Assembly: GCA_030697555.1 (NCBI GenBank)
Contig: JAUYPV010000109.1
Coordinates: 7,227-71,226, forward strand
Source: Hyphomonadaceae bacterium
GTDB taxonomy: Bacteria > Pseudomonadota > Alphaproteobacteria > Caulobacterales > Hyphomonadaceae
DNA length: 64,000 nucleotides
Reading direction: 5' to 3'
Positions 1 through 9,544 of the stretch are shown one piece after another. Below the pieces are notes generated by a model. The model had not been told where the DNA came from. It saw only the letters and a program-made list of their open reading frames with translations, and made no database searches. Position 1 is the stretch's first letter; the number at the start of each line of letters is the position of its first letter. Position numbers and translations under genes: made by a program.

Positions 1-851
1 CGGACTTTGAAGATCTGCGGTCCCGGCCGGCGACGAGGTACAGCAGGATCGTTATCGGACCATATGTGCACGCAGACACAATCGAGTGGCCGGGGGGCGG
101 GATCGACGAGCCTTACCGGCTGGCGAGCGTGGCCCCGGCCCTCGACTGGTATGACTATCAGCTCAAGGTGACGGACAAACCTCTGAACATGGCGCCGGTG
201 CGCATCTATGTGATGGGCGAAAACCGCTGGCGCGACGAACAGGAGTGGCCGCTGGCGCGGACCAGGTATCGCGACTTCAACCTTTCAGGCTCGGGCGGCC
301 TGGATACGGCGCTCGTGCTCCAGGAGCCGTCGCGCAGCTTCGTCTATGATCCGCTGGATCCTGTGCCGACGGCGGGCGGCGCAATGCTGGGCAAACGCGC
401 CGGGCTAAAAAAACAGAACGAAATCGAAGCGCGCGACGATGTGCTGCTTTACACCAGCCGGCCGCTCGACGAGCCGATGGAAGTGACGGGTCCGCTGATG
501 GCTGAGCTTTATGTCTCGACGGATGCGCCGTCGACGGATTTCACAGTGAAGCTGGTCGACGTGTGGCCGGACGGATCGGCGTACAACATCGCGGACGGCA
601 TTCTGCGGCGCTCCTATTTGCCCGGCGCGATCAAGCACATCGAAGTAGACATGGGCGCGACAAGCGTCGTGTTCGGCAAGGGCCATCGGATACGAGTCGA
701 AGTATCGAGCAGCAATTATCCGCGTTTCGACCGCAACCCAAACACGGGCGAGCCGGCGGTGACGGCGGCGAGGACGCAAGTGGCGCGACAGACGGTGTGG
801 CATGACGCGCAGCACGTCTCGCGGATCATACTGCCGGTAATTCCGCGCTAG
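1..851 (+). CDS. CocE/NonD family hydrolase (X-Pro dipeptidyl-peptidase-like), C-terminal part; the 5' end is outside the window
   Basis: The frame of ORF 66..851 stays open back to base 3 (…VIGPYVH…). 'IYVMGENRWRDEQEWPL' and the C-terminal region resemble the CocE/NonD C-terminal domain. Family recognised from memory. Confidence 0.7.
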   Translation, partial: DFEDLRSRPATRYSRIVIGPYVHADTIEWPGGGIDEPYRLASVAPALDWYDYQLKVTDKPLNMAPVRIYVMGENRWRDEQEWPLARTRYRDFNLSGSGGLDTALVLQEPSRSFVYDPLDPVPTAGGAMLGKRAGLKKQNEIEARDDVLLYTSRPLDEPMEVTGPLMAELYVSTDAPSTDFTVKLVDVWPDGSAYNIADGILRRSYLPGAIKHIEVDMGATSVVFGKGHRIRVEVSSSNYPRFDRNPNTGEPAVTAARTQVARQTVWHDAQHVSRIILPVIPR

Positions 852-2692
852 TCGGCGGAATGCTGCTTTTCGCCGATCGCCTCGGCGGCTTCCTCGTTGA
901 GGGCCTTTGCCTTTTCGCGAGGGACAACCAGCGGCGCGGGCTGGGTGGTGGCGATGTTGCCGCGCATGAGCGAGAGGCCCTGGCGCAGGCCGCCGGCGAT
1001 CTGCATTTCGAGACGCTGTTCGTCGCGGCGGCGGGTGTCGAGAATGGCTTCGTCCGCTTCCGATTCCTCGATGCCAAGATCTACGAGCACCTGGCGGCCG
1101 AAGACGAGCGCGGACTCGAACGTCTCGCGGATCTGGTAGTCGACACCCGCACTGATGAGGCGCAGCACGTGGCCGCGATCGAAGGCGCGGACGAACAGCT
1201 TGGGATGCGGGAATTCGGATTTGACCAGCTCGACGATGCGGTCGGCAACTTCAGGCTTTTCCACGCAGACGAGGATGGCTTCGGCATTCGCGGCGCCCGA
1301 TGCGCGGAGCACGTCGAGTCGTGTGCCGTCACCGTAATAGACCTTGAAGCCGAAATTTCCGGCGGCGCGGATCATCTCGACGTCGGTTTCGATGATCGAG
1401 ATGTCGATGCCTTTGGCGAGAAGAGGCTGGGAAACCACCTGAGCAAAACGGCCGAAGCCGACGAATAGCACCTGGCCGTGCAGGTCGGACGCTTCCTCGA
1501 TGCCGTCGAGGGATTCCTTTTCGGGCGGCGTGAGGCGCTCGATGCCCATGACGACAAGTGGCGTCAGCGCCATGGAGAGGATGACCACAGCCGTCATGCC
1601 GGCGGCGGTTTCGGCGTCCATGACGCCCGCGGACCGGGCGCCCGCATAGAGGACGAAAGCGAACTCGCCGCCCTGCGCGAAGAGGCTGGCGCGATGGAGA
1701 GCCTCACGATGCTTGGCCTTGAACAGGCGCGCGACGGCGTAGATGCCACCGGCCTTCACGACCATGAAGGCGGCGACGCCGGCGGCGATGAGCTGCCAGT
1801 TGTTCGCCACGAGCATGAGGTCGAGCGACATGCCGACGCCGAGGAAGAACAGGCCGAGCAGGATGCCGCGGAACGGCTCGACGTCGGCTTCGAGCTGGTG
1901 GCGAAAGGTGGATTCAGAGAGCAGCACGCCGGCGAGGAAGGCGCCCATGCCCATCGAAAGGCCGCCCCATTGCATGAAAAGCGCTGCGCCGAGGACGACC
2001 AGCAGCGCGGCCGCGGTCATGATCTCGCGGGCGCCATAGCGGGCGAGCGCGCCGATGAAGGGGTTCATCACCCATTTCCCCGCGACGAAGACAACGGCGA
2101 CTGCAGCAGCGCCGATGCCGATGCTCTGCCAGATCGGGCGGGCGTTGGGATCGATATGACCGCTGAGAGCGGCGAGCACGGGAACGATTGCCAGCAGCGG
2201 GATGATCATCAGGTCTTCGAGAAGCAGGATGGCGACAGACCGCTGCCCCGGTGGTGAAGAGGTCTCTCCGCGATCATCCAGCATTTTCATGATGACGGCG
2301 GTGGAGGACAGCACGAAGCCGGCAGCGCCGATGAATGCGGCGGCGAGTGGTATGTTGAAGGCGAGCGAGACGCCGGTGAGCAATGCAGTGCAGAGCAAGA
2401 CCTGCGCGAGGCCGAGGCCGAAAATGTCCTTCCGCATCGCCCATAGCTTGGCCGGCCGCATTTCGAGGCCGATGAGGAAGAGGAACATCACCACGCCCAG
2501 TTCGGCGACGGCGAGGATGGCTTCGGAATCGTTGAACAGGCCGAGGGCGTAAGGACCGACGATGACGCCGGCGGCCAGATAGCCCAGCACGGCCCCGAGC
2601 TTCAGCCGCAGGAACAGGGGAACGGCGAAGACGCCGGCGGCCAGAAGGGCCACCGCATGTCCCAAATCCATTCCTGCCGCTTCGTGTTCCAT
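848..2692 (-). CDS. Monovalent cation:proton antiporter-2 family K+ efflux protein (KefB/KefC type) with C-terminal TrkA-N/RCK domain
   Basis: Multi-TM Na+/H+-exchanger-like core followed by the 'VLFVGFGRFAQ' GxGxxG Rossmann motif. The start is taken at MEHEAAG; 2671 and 2719 are alternatives. Confidence 0.85.
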   Translation of the reverse strand: MEHEAAGMDLGHAVALLAAGVFAVPLFLRLKLGAVLGYLAAGVIVGPYALGLFNDSEAILAVAELGVVMFLFLIGLEMRPAKLWAMRKDIFGLGLAQVLLCTALLTGVSLAFNIPLAAAFIGAAGFVLSSTAVIMKMLDDRGETSSPPGQRSVAILLLEDLMIIPLLAIVPVLAALSGHIDPNARPIWQSIGIGAAAVAVVFVAGKWVMNPFIGALARYGAREIMTAAALLVVLGAALFMQWGGLSMGMGAFLAGVLLSESTFRHQLEADVEPFRGILLGLFFLGVGMSLDLMLVANNWQLIAAGVAAFMVVKAGGIYAVARLFKAKHREALHRASLFAQGGEFAFVLYAGARSAGVMDAETAAGMTAVVILSMALTPLVVMGIERLTPPEKESLDGIEEASDLHGQVLFVGFGRFAQVVSQPLLAKGIDISIIETDVEMIRAAGNFGFKVYYGDGTRLDVLRASGAANAEAILVCVEKPEVADRIVELVKSEFPHPKLFVRAFDRGHVLRLISAGVDYQIRETFESALVFGRQVLVDLGIEESEADEAILDTRRRDEQRLEMQIAGGLRQGLSLMRGNIATTQPAPLVVPREKAKALNEEAAEAIGEKQHSAD

Positions 2693-2798
2693 GCGGATCC
2701 TGTGATGCTGGACGTTCAATGCGATGACGCAAGCAGGTGCGCAAGCAGCTTAGAGGATAGGGAGTGGGCGTTCCCAATACTCCCTATTCCCCGCCCCC

Positions 2799-3140
2799 CT
2801 ACTTCAGGCGCTTCTCGAATTCCGGGAAGAAGGCCTCCGCATCGGAAGCCAACTTCTCTTCCATCTTGCGATAGAGCGACAGCATCTCCTCGCCCGCCTT
2901 GGTGAGGGCCGCGCCGCCGCCTTTCTTGCCGCCGGTCTTGGGCTCGACGAGGGGCTTGCGGAAGGCGTTGTTCATGGCGTCGACAAGCTGCCAGGCCCGT
3001 GAATAGCTCATCTCCATCGACTTGGCCGCCTTGGAGATCGAGCCTTCGCTTGCGATGCGCTCCAGCAGGTCCGCCTTGCCGGGACCGAAGGCGCGCTCGC
3101 CCTTGGCGATCACCCGTGCGGTTATCCGGATCGAAGCCAT
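2799..3140 (-). CDS. Stand-alone ModE-N-like winged-helix transcriptional regulator
   Basis: 113 aa. 'GPGKADLLERIASEGSISKAAKSMEMSYSRAWQLVDAMN' matches the ModE/LysR-type N-terminal HTH. No Mop domains are present. Confidence 0.7.
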   Translation of the reverse strand: MASIRITARVIAKGERAFGPGKADLLERIASEGSISKAAKSMEMSYSRAWQLVDAMNNAFRKPLVEPKTGGKKGGGAALTKAGEEMLSLYRKMEEKLASDAEAFFPEFEKRLK

Positions 3141-3166
3141 CGCCTAACCCCTGACTGTCTTGCCGA

Positions 3167-3859
3167 CTACTTTGCCGCGTCCTTCAGGAGGACGTCGAGC
3201 ATATGTACCTGGAAATCCTTGAGCATTGCGACGGCCGCCTTGATGTCGGGCATGGAGCGCGGCCCGAGCGCATCGATCGCGAGGCCGCGGATGGCGGCGG
3301 CGTAGAGCTGGACGAAGGCGTGGATTTTCTTCCTGTCCTTGATGCCGATCCGCTGAACGCGCTCCCAGACACGCTCCTTGTGGCGCTCCTCGAGCTCGGC
3401 ATTGAACTCACGGAAGCGCGGGCCGAGCTCCGGGTCGCTGCGCGAGCCCAGCATCATCTCTATGCGCGCGATGCCCGAGGGCGTCTGGAATTCAGCCCAG
3501 AGCACGTCGATGAGCTGGAGAAATTTTTCGCGGTCGGTTGTGAAGCGATCGAAATGCTCGCGGTGCGCTTCCTTGCGATGGCTGACGATGTGCCGGGCCG
3601 TCGCCATCATCAGGTCGGCCTTGGTGGGGAAGTGGTGCAACATCGAGCCGCGGCTGACCTTCGCGCGCTCGGTCACCAATACGGTGGAGGTCTGGTGATA
3701 GCCGAGCTCGTAGAGGCACTGGATGGTGGCGCCGAGCAGCTTGCCTCGCGTGCGGGCGCTGCGCTCGGCATTGGGCACGCGGGTGCGCGACGGGGGTGCG
3801 CGGACTTTCCTCGGCTTGGTTTTGACTTGCGCTGGCAATGAAATTCCTCGTTTTGCCAA
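3167..3859 (-). CDS. TetR/AcrR family transcriptional regulator
   Basis: N-terminal HTH 'ATIQCLYELGYHQTSTVLVTERAKVSRGSMLHHFPTK', typical of the TetR family. Confidence 0.8.
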   Translation of the reverse strand: MAKRGISLPAQVKTKPRKVRAPPSRTRVPNAERSARTRGKLLGATIQCLYELGYHQTSTVLVTERAKVSRGSMLHHFPTKADLMMATARHIVSHRKEAHREHFDRFTTDREKFLQLIDVLWAEFQTPSGIARIEMMLGSRSDPELGPRFREFNAELEERHKERVWERVQRIGIKDRKKIHAFVQLYAAAIRGLAIDALGPRSMPDIKAAVAMLKDFQVHMLDVLLKDAAK

Positions 3860-3903
3860 GGGTTAGTTGGCGCAAGGCCGGTCAGCAAGCGCTTTGGAAG
3901 CGC

Positions 3904-4752
3904 CTAGGGCTTACCCGCAGGGTGGAAATCGCGGACGTGTTTCAGCGACGGGATCTTGCCGCGCACCTCGTCGACTTTCGCTAGGTCAAGCGTGGCGGTG
4001 ATGACGCCGGGGTCGATCCCGGCCTCGGCGACAATTTCGCCCCATGGGTCGATGATCAGGCTGTGGCCATAGGTCTCGCGGCCGTCCTGGTGCTTGCCGC
4101 CTTGGGCCGGGGCGATGATGAAGCAGCCGGTCTCGATGGCGCGGGAGCGCAAGAGGATGTGCCAGTGGGCCTCGCCGGTGATGCGGGTGAAGGCGGCGGG
4201 GACGGCGATGATCTTCGCCCCGCCGACGGCGAGCTGGCGGTAGAGGTCCGGAAAGCGGACATCGTAGCAAACCGTCATGCCGAGCTGACCGGCCGGGAGA
4301 TTGGCGATCACCGCTTCGCTGCCGGCGGCAAAACTGTCGGACTCGCGGTAGACGTTGCCGGCGTTGAGCTGGACGTCGAACATGTGAATCTTGTCGTAGC
4401 GGGCCATCACCTGCCCGTCCGGCCCGATCAGGAAGCTGCGGTTTGCGCATTTATGCCCCTCGGCGTGTATCGCCAGCGAGCCGATCAGCAGGGTGGTCTT
4501 CAGCTCCTTCGACAGGGCGCGGAAGGCTTTCAGGCCGGGATCGGCATCTTCGGTCGTGGACTTCTCCCACACTGCGCCGGGCTTGCGATCCAGCAGGGTC
4601 GTCATCTCCGGCGTGGCGATCAGGTCCGCGCCCTGCCCGGCGGCCTGGCGGATCAGGGCGGACGCGTCGTCGATGTTCACGGCGACGTCTGTTCCGGACC
4701 GCATCTGGACGCATGCCACTTTGATTTGGGCAACCCTGATCTGGGACATCAT
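3904..4752 (-). CDS. Carbon-nitrogen hydrolase family protein (nitrilase/omega-amidase-like)
   Basis: The E-K-C triad context is visible: 'ATPEMT', 'YDKIHMFD', 'MTVCYDVRFP'. The start is taken at the MM doublet; the ORF extends to 4803. Confidence 0.85.
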   Translation of the reverse strand: MMSQIRVAQIKVACVQMRSGTDVAVNIDDASALIRQAAGQGADLIATPEMTTLLDRKPGAVWEKSTTEDADPGLKAFRALSKELKTTLLIGSLAIHAEGHKCANRSFLIGPDGQVMARYDKIHMFDVQLNAGNVYRESDSFAAGSEAVIANLPAGQLGMTVCYDVRFPDLYRQLAVGGAKIIAVPAAFTRITGEAHWHILLRSRAIETGCFIIAPAQGGKHQDGRETYGHSLIIDPWGEIVAEAGIDPGVITATLDLAKVDEVRGKIPSLKHVRDFHPAGKP

Positions 4753-4941
4753 ATGCAAGCTCCGGCGCCCGGATCGCGGCCGAGCCAGCGAGGCATACGG
4801 CATTCGCTGGCGGGTTTCGAGGATCGGCGGCTGGAGTTGTGGTTAATCATCCGTACTCGCGCCGCGCGAGTTTGGGCTTTCGCCCGTGCGCCTTCTGGTA
4901 TGCGGATTGCTGCAATTTGACGGAAAGCTTGCGGGTAGCCT

Positions 4942-5904
4942 GTGATCCCTGTCGACGTCAGCGTCATCATTCCGGCCTGGAAAGCTGCCGGCTTCATCGA
5001 GCGGGCGGTCGCCTCGGCGCTCGCCTCGACCGACGTACGCATACAGGTCGTGGTCGTCGACGACGCCTCTCCGGACTACACCTTCCACGTCATCAGCCGC
5101 CTTGCCGAAGACGATCCGCGCGTGATCGTCGACAGGTTGCCGGTGAACGGCGGCCCGTCGGCCGCCCGCAACCGGGCGATCGAACTTTCCGGCGGCCGCT
5201 ACATCGCGATCCTGGATGCGGACGACACGATTGCGCCGGGCAGGCTTGCGAAGCTTGTCGCGCTTGCCGACGAGACCGGCGCGGACATCGTCGTCGACAA
5301 CATGATCGAGGTTGATGAAGCCGGGCGGCAGATCGGCGGCAAACCGTTCCTCAAGTCCGAAGCCTTTGCTGCCGGCCGGGATATTGGCCTGGAAACCTGG
5401 GTTGCGTTCAACCATCCGATGAAGCCTGGCGACTGCCTCGGTTACCTCAAGCCGCTGTTCCGGCAAACCAGGCTGGAGGAGATGCAGGCGAGCTATGACA
5501 CGAACCTGCGCAACAGCGAGGACTACTACTTCGTGGCGCACCTCCTCGCGGGCGGGGCGCGGATGACCTACCTGCCGGACGCCGGTTATTTCTACCAGCG
5601 CTCGCCCGCGTCCACGTCGCACCGGTTGCAACAGTCGCAGACCGACGCCTGGCTGGACGCGGAAGCGCGTTTCCGCAGGCGTTTCGACGGCAGGCTTTCG
5701 GCATCCGAGAAAGCGGTGCTCGACCAGCGCGGACGTATCTTGCGCAACGTGCATCAGTTCGTCGCCGCGATGGATGCCGTGAAGGAAAGAAAAATCGGCG
5801 CGCTGTTCGGCATGCTGGCGTCCGACCTCCACGCCACAGCATTCACGCTGTCCACGCTGGCCAAGATCGCCGCGGGCAAGGCGCTGAAGCGAAAGCTAGT
5901 TTGA
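4942..5904 (+). CDS. Family 2 glycosyltransferase
   Basis: 'VSVIIPAWKAAGFIERAV…VVVVDDASPD…ARNRAIELSGGRYIAILDADD' is the classic GT2 N-terminal fold with a DxD motif. Confidence 0.85.
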   Translation: MIPVDVSVIIPAWKAAGFIERAVASALASTDVRIQVVVVDDASPDYTFHVISRLAEDDPRVIVDRLPVNGGPSAARNRAIELSGGRYIAILDADDTIAPGRLAKLVALADETGADIVVDNMIEVDEAGRQIGGKPFLKSEAFAAGRDIGLETWVAFNHPMKPGDCLGYLKPLFRQTRLEEMQASYDTNLRNSEDYYFVAHLLAGGARMTYLPDAGYFYQRSPASTSHRLQQSQTDAWLDAEARFRRRFDGRLSASEKAVLDQRGRILRNVHQFVAAMDAVKERKIGALFGMLASDLHATAFTLSTLAKIAAGKALKRKLV

Positions 5905-6762
5905 CGCGAGCGGTTTCGGCGGCGCCTTGAAGATGTCGCTGCATTGGGGCCCGCGTTTCCCCGCCGGCACATGCGACATGCAGCGGTATTTGGCTTCGGT
6001 GACCGTGAAGCGGGGCTCTCCCGTCCAGCTCGTCGCCGAGCCGGCGCCGGCCCAGATGTTCAAGATCACGCGGCCGGAGGCCGACGGGATCTTCGCGCCG
6101 TCGCTTGCTCGCACCTCGTGGACCTTCACGCCATCGACATACCAGCGGATCGAGTCCGGCGCCCATTCGAAGGCGTAGAGATGATCGGCCTGGGTGGTAT
6201 CGAACCATAGCGGAACGTAGAGCGGGGTGTTTTCACCGTTCTTGAAGTAATTGAGATGCACATCCCGGGGGCGCATGGCGACAAACTCGAAGTCGATCTC
6301 GTCGTGGGGATCGCCGAAATGGTCGCCCGTGTAGGTGAAGAAGGATGCGATGGCGCCATGACCGTCGGCAGCCGTCAGCACCGCTTCATAGCGGCCATAC
6401 CCGTATGTGCCGGTTCTCTGGAACTCGGCGCCTGAGATGGGGAATTTTCCGCCCAGCGTCTTCAGGAGCGATAGCGTCATGCCGTCCTTGCTGAAGTCAA
6501 TGTTGCTGGTCTTGAAGACGATCTTGATCCACTCCTCGTCCATGTTGTGGTCGGACGGGTAGTACGTGTCGCGGTCCTGCCTTTTGGTGAAATCGACGAG
6601 GAAGCCGGGACCGGCCGGGGAACCGGTGTTCCTGACGGTCTTCGCCGGCTCTTCGGCGCCGGCCGTGACCATCGGCGCGCCCGACTCGATCACGAGATAG
6701 CCAGCTGTCACGATGGCCGCCACCAGGCCAATCGCGATCCGTGTCTTTCCCTGAATAGGCAT
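5896..6762 (-). CDS. Glycoside hydrolase family 16 (secreted beta-glucanase, ExoK/ExsH-like)
   Basis: Catalytic motif 'DEIDFEF' (E-x-D-x-x-E). N-terminal TM/signal sequence. SD AGGGGA lies 5 nt before the ATG at 6762. Confidence 0.85.
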   Translation of the reverse strand: MPIQGKTRIAIGLVAAIVTAGYLVIESGAPMVTAGAEEPAKTVRNTGSPAGPGFLVDFTKRQDRDTYYPSDHNMDEEWIKIVFKTSNIDFSKDGMTLSLLKTLGGKFPISGAEFQRTGTYGYGRYEAVLTAADGHGAIASFFTYTGDHFGDPHDEIDFEFVAMRPRDVHLNYFKNGENTPLYVPLWFDTTQADHLYAFEWAPDSIRWYVDGVKVHEVRASDGAKIPSASGRVILNIWAGAGSATSWTGEPRFTVTEAKYRCMSHVPAGKRGPQCSDIFKAPPKPLASN

Positions 6763-6938
6763 GAATGTCCCCTGCGGCCGCACTAGGGGACCGGGAGGCC
6801 TTCATTTCAACGGCTTACGCCCATCGCGGGAAAGTGGTTGCCCCAGCGGATTGGCGCGAGGCGAGGAACTGGCTAAGGCTCTGGCATTGACCGGGTCCGG
6901 AGCGTGGATTCCAGGACCGGGCGGGAGGAGAGACAGGC

Positions 6939-9305
6939 ATGATCAACCGCAGACTCGCGGGCGGCGCAGCCGCGTTGGTGTTGGCGGCCGGGTTGGCGTT
7001 CGCCTGTACCCTTCCTGGCACGCCTGCCGCCGCGACGCAGGCTGACGTCGCCGCGGCGATGAAGGCTCACTACGATTCCAGCGAGTGGAAATACTGGGGT
7101 GGGGACGCCGGCCAGACGCGCTATGCGCCTCTCGACCAGATCAACGCCAGGAATGTGAACCGACTGAAGATCGCATGGCGCTGGAGCGCCGACGCGTCGG
7201 GCGGCGGGGAGTCGTCCAACTACAAGGCGACGCCGCTGCTGGATGACGGCGTGATGTACGTGCCGTGGCTTAACCATGGCATGGCGGCGATCGACGCCGG
7301 CACGGGCAAGACGGCCTGGACATTCGAGCCGCAGCCGGCCGACATCGGCGGCCGTGGCGCATCGCTGGTGCTGCGCTCGCTCGCCTACTGGACGGACGGC
7401 AAGGACAAGCGGGTTTTTCACAATTCGGGCGACGGGCGGCTGATCGCGGTCGACGCCAGGACCGGCAAGGCGGCACCGGGCTTCGGCAAGAATGGCTGGA
7501 TCAACCTTCGTGAAGGCATCATCGAGGGCACGCCGGTAACCGATGTGGGCTCGGTCTCGCCTGCTCTCGTGGTGGGCGACATCATCGTTGTGCAGGTGAT
7601 CCCCGGCGGCGCGCGCAACAAGGAATCCGCGCCCGGCTATATCCGCGGCTTCGACGTGAAGACCGGCAAGCTGGTCTGGACCTTCCACACCGTGCCTAAG
7701 AAGGGCGAAGAAGCCTACGACAGCTGGGAGAACGGCGCGGCGGGGTATGTCGGCAACGCCGGCGTCTGGTCGATGCTGAGCGCCGACCTCGAGCGCGGAC
7801 TGGTCTACCTGCCGACCGACACGCCTTCGAACGATTTCTATGGCGGCGAGCGGCTGGGCAACGGCCTCTATGCCGAAAGCCTGGTCTGCCTCGACGCCAA
7901 GACCGGCAAGAAGAAGTGGCACTTCCAGATGGTGCACCATGGCGTCTGGGATTACGACAACCCGGCCGCGCCGATCCTCCACGACATCGTCAAGGACGGC
8001 AAAGTCGTGCCCGTGGTGACGCAGCTTACCAAGCAGAGCAACGTCTTCGTATTCAACCGGGTGACCGGCGAGCCGATCTGGCCGATCGAGGAGCGCGCGG
8101 TTCCGGCGTCGCAGGTGCCGGGCGAGAAACTGTCGCCGACGCAGCCCTTCCCGACGCGGCCGGCGCCGCTGCAGAAGCAGGGGTATCATGAGGAAGACCT
8201 GATCGACTTTACGCCGCAGCTTCGCGCTGAAGCCGTGAAGATCATGGAGCAATACGCCAAGGGGCCGCTCTATGAGCCGCTTGTCGACGTTAAGGCGACC
8301 GGCCTCAAGGGCACGTGGATCAGCCCCGGCTATGGCGGCGGACCGAACTGGAATGGCGGGGCGTTCGATCCCGACACCGGCACGATGTACGTTCCGGTCC
8401 GCTACAAGCCCAACGCGGCGGGACTTGCGCCGGGTGATCCGTCGCGGACCAACATGCGCTACGTCCAGTCGGGCAACCACGTTGTCCAGGGACCGCGCGG
8501 GCTGCCGATCCTGAAGCCGCCTTATAGCGAAGTGGTCGCCGTGGACATGAACCGGGGCGAGCACCTGTGGCGCATCCCGCTCAGCAAGCCTTCGCCTGGC
8601 ATTCGCAACAACCCGGCGATTGCCGAACTCAACCTCGACTGGGATTCGATGGGCGATTTCGACATCCGGCCGAGCCCGCTGCTGACCAAGAGCCTCTATT
8701 TCCTTGGCGCGTCGGGCAACCTGGCTGGCGGCACCGGCAGCGCGGCTTTCCGCGCCTATGACAAGTCGAACGGCAAGGTCATCTGGGAGATGGACATGCC
8801 CTCGCTCGTCAGCGGGGCGCCGATGACCTACGAGCTGGGCGGACGGCAGTACATTGTCGTCGCGATCTCGGCGCGCGGGAAACCGGCGGAAATCGTGGCG
8901 CTGACGCTGGATGGCGTGAGCGAGAACGGCGCGGCGCCGGCTGGCGGCGTGCAGGTAGCGGCGGCGCCGGCATCGGCGCGGGCTGCGGCGCAGGCTGTCA
9001 ACGCGACGCCCGCGGAGCTGGCGCTCGGCAAGACCAAGTTCGACCAGATGTGCGTGATGTGCCACGGCGCAGATGGCAAGGGCGGCACCGCCGTCGGCGC
9101 TCCGCCGGTCAATGGCCGCACCGACTACGCCAACGTGGCGCGGGTGATTGCGCAGGGACAGGGCGAAATGCCCGCTCTCGCGAACTCGCTCTCGCCGGCG
9201 GAGATCGAGGCGATCGCCAAGCACGTGGTTAAGACATTGGGACCACAGACGCGGCCGGCTGGCGGACCAGGCGGGCGTGGGGGACCGCCGCCGGAAGACG
9301 ACTGA
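6939..9305 (+). CDS. PQQ-dependent dehydrogenase with C-terminal cytochrome c domain (quinohemoprotein)
   Basis: Signal peptide, a long beta-propeller-like region with repeated W-containing motifs, then 'CVMCHGADGKGG…GEMPA' (CxxCH with a distal Met). Confidence 0.8.
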   Translation: MINRRLAGGAAALVLAAGLAFACTLPGTPAAATQADVAAAMKAHYDSSEWKYWGGDAGQTRYAPLDQINARNVNRLKIAWRWSADASGGGESSNYKATPLLDDGVMYVPWLNHGMAAIDAGTGKTAWTFEPQPADIGGRGASLVLRSLAYWTDGKDKRVFHNSGDGRLIAVDARTGKAAPGFGKNGWINLREGIIEGTPVTDVGSVSPALVVGDIIVVQVIPGGARNKESAPGYIRGFDVKTGKLVWTFHTVPKKGEEAYDSWENGAAGYVGNAGVWSMLSADLERGLVYLPTDTPSNDFYGGERLGNGLYAESLVCLDAKTGKKKWHFQMVHHGVWDYDNPAAPILHDIVKDGKVVPVVTQLTKQSNVFVFNRVTGEPIWPIEERAVPASQVPGEKLSPTQPFPTRPAPLQKQGYHEEDLIDFTPQLRAEAVKIMEQYAKGPLYEPLVDVKATGLKGTWISPGYGGGPNWNGGAFDPDTGTMYVPVRYKPNAAGLAPGDPSRTNMRYVQSGNHVVQGPRGLPILKPPYSEVVAVDMNRGEHLWRIPLSKPSPGIRNNPAIAELNLDWDSMGDFDIRPSPLLTKSLYFLGASGNLAGGTGSAAFRAYDKSNGKVIWEMDMPSLVSGAPMTYELGGRQYIVVAISARGKPAEIVALTLDGVSENGAAPAGGVQVAAAPASARAAAQAVNATPAELALGKTKFDQMCVMCHGADGKGGTAVGAPPVNGRTDYANVARVIAQGQGEMPALANSLSPAEIEAIAKHVVKTLGPQTRPAGGPGGRGGPPPEDD

Positions 9306-9388
9306 AGCTAAAAACCGGCCTGAATCCCTGTGGTTCGGGCCGGTTGCTCATCGGCGGTCGGGCGCCTATAAGGGCGCTCCTGAATTGG

Positions 9389-9466
9389 CGGAGCGTGGCG
9401 CAGCCCGGTTAGCGCACCAGTCTGGGGGACTGGGGGTCGTGGGTTCGAATCCCGCCGCTCCGACCA
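9389..9466 (+). tRNA. tRNA-Pro (anticodon GGG), CCA encoded
   Basis: Manual cloverleaf: acceptor CGGAGCG/CGCTCCG, D stem GCGC, anticodon stem CCAGT/ACTGG with loop CTGGGGG, T arm GTGGG-TTCGAAT-CCCGC, then A-CCA. Confidence 0.9.
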
Positions 9467-9544
9467 TTCAGGCTTTCTCCGTCGCTTGTCGCCTTTCTGG
9501 CGACTTCCAGTGCGCTGCACGGTCCCGCGCGTTATTCAGACGGC

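Noticed and set aside
6873-9224. 783-aa ORF on the minus strand, nearly as long as the PQQ dehydrogenase gene.
   Set aside because: It is antisense to a gene with clear family motifs. Its product is an Arg/Ala/Gly-rich string with no recognisable domain. This is the typical 'shadow' ORF of high-GC DNA.
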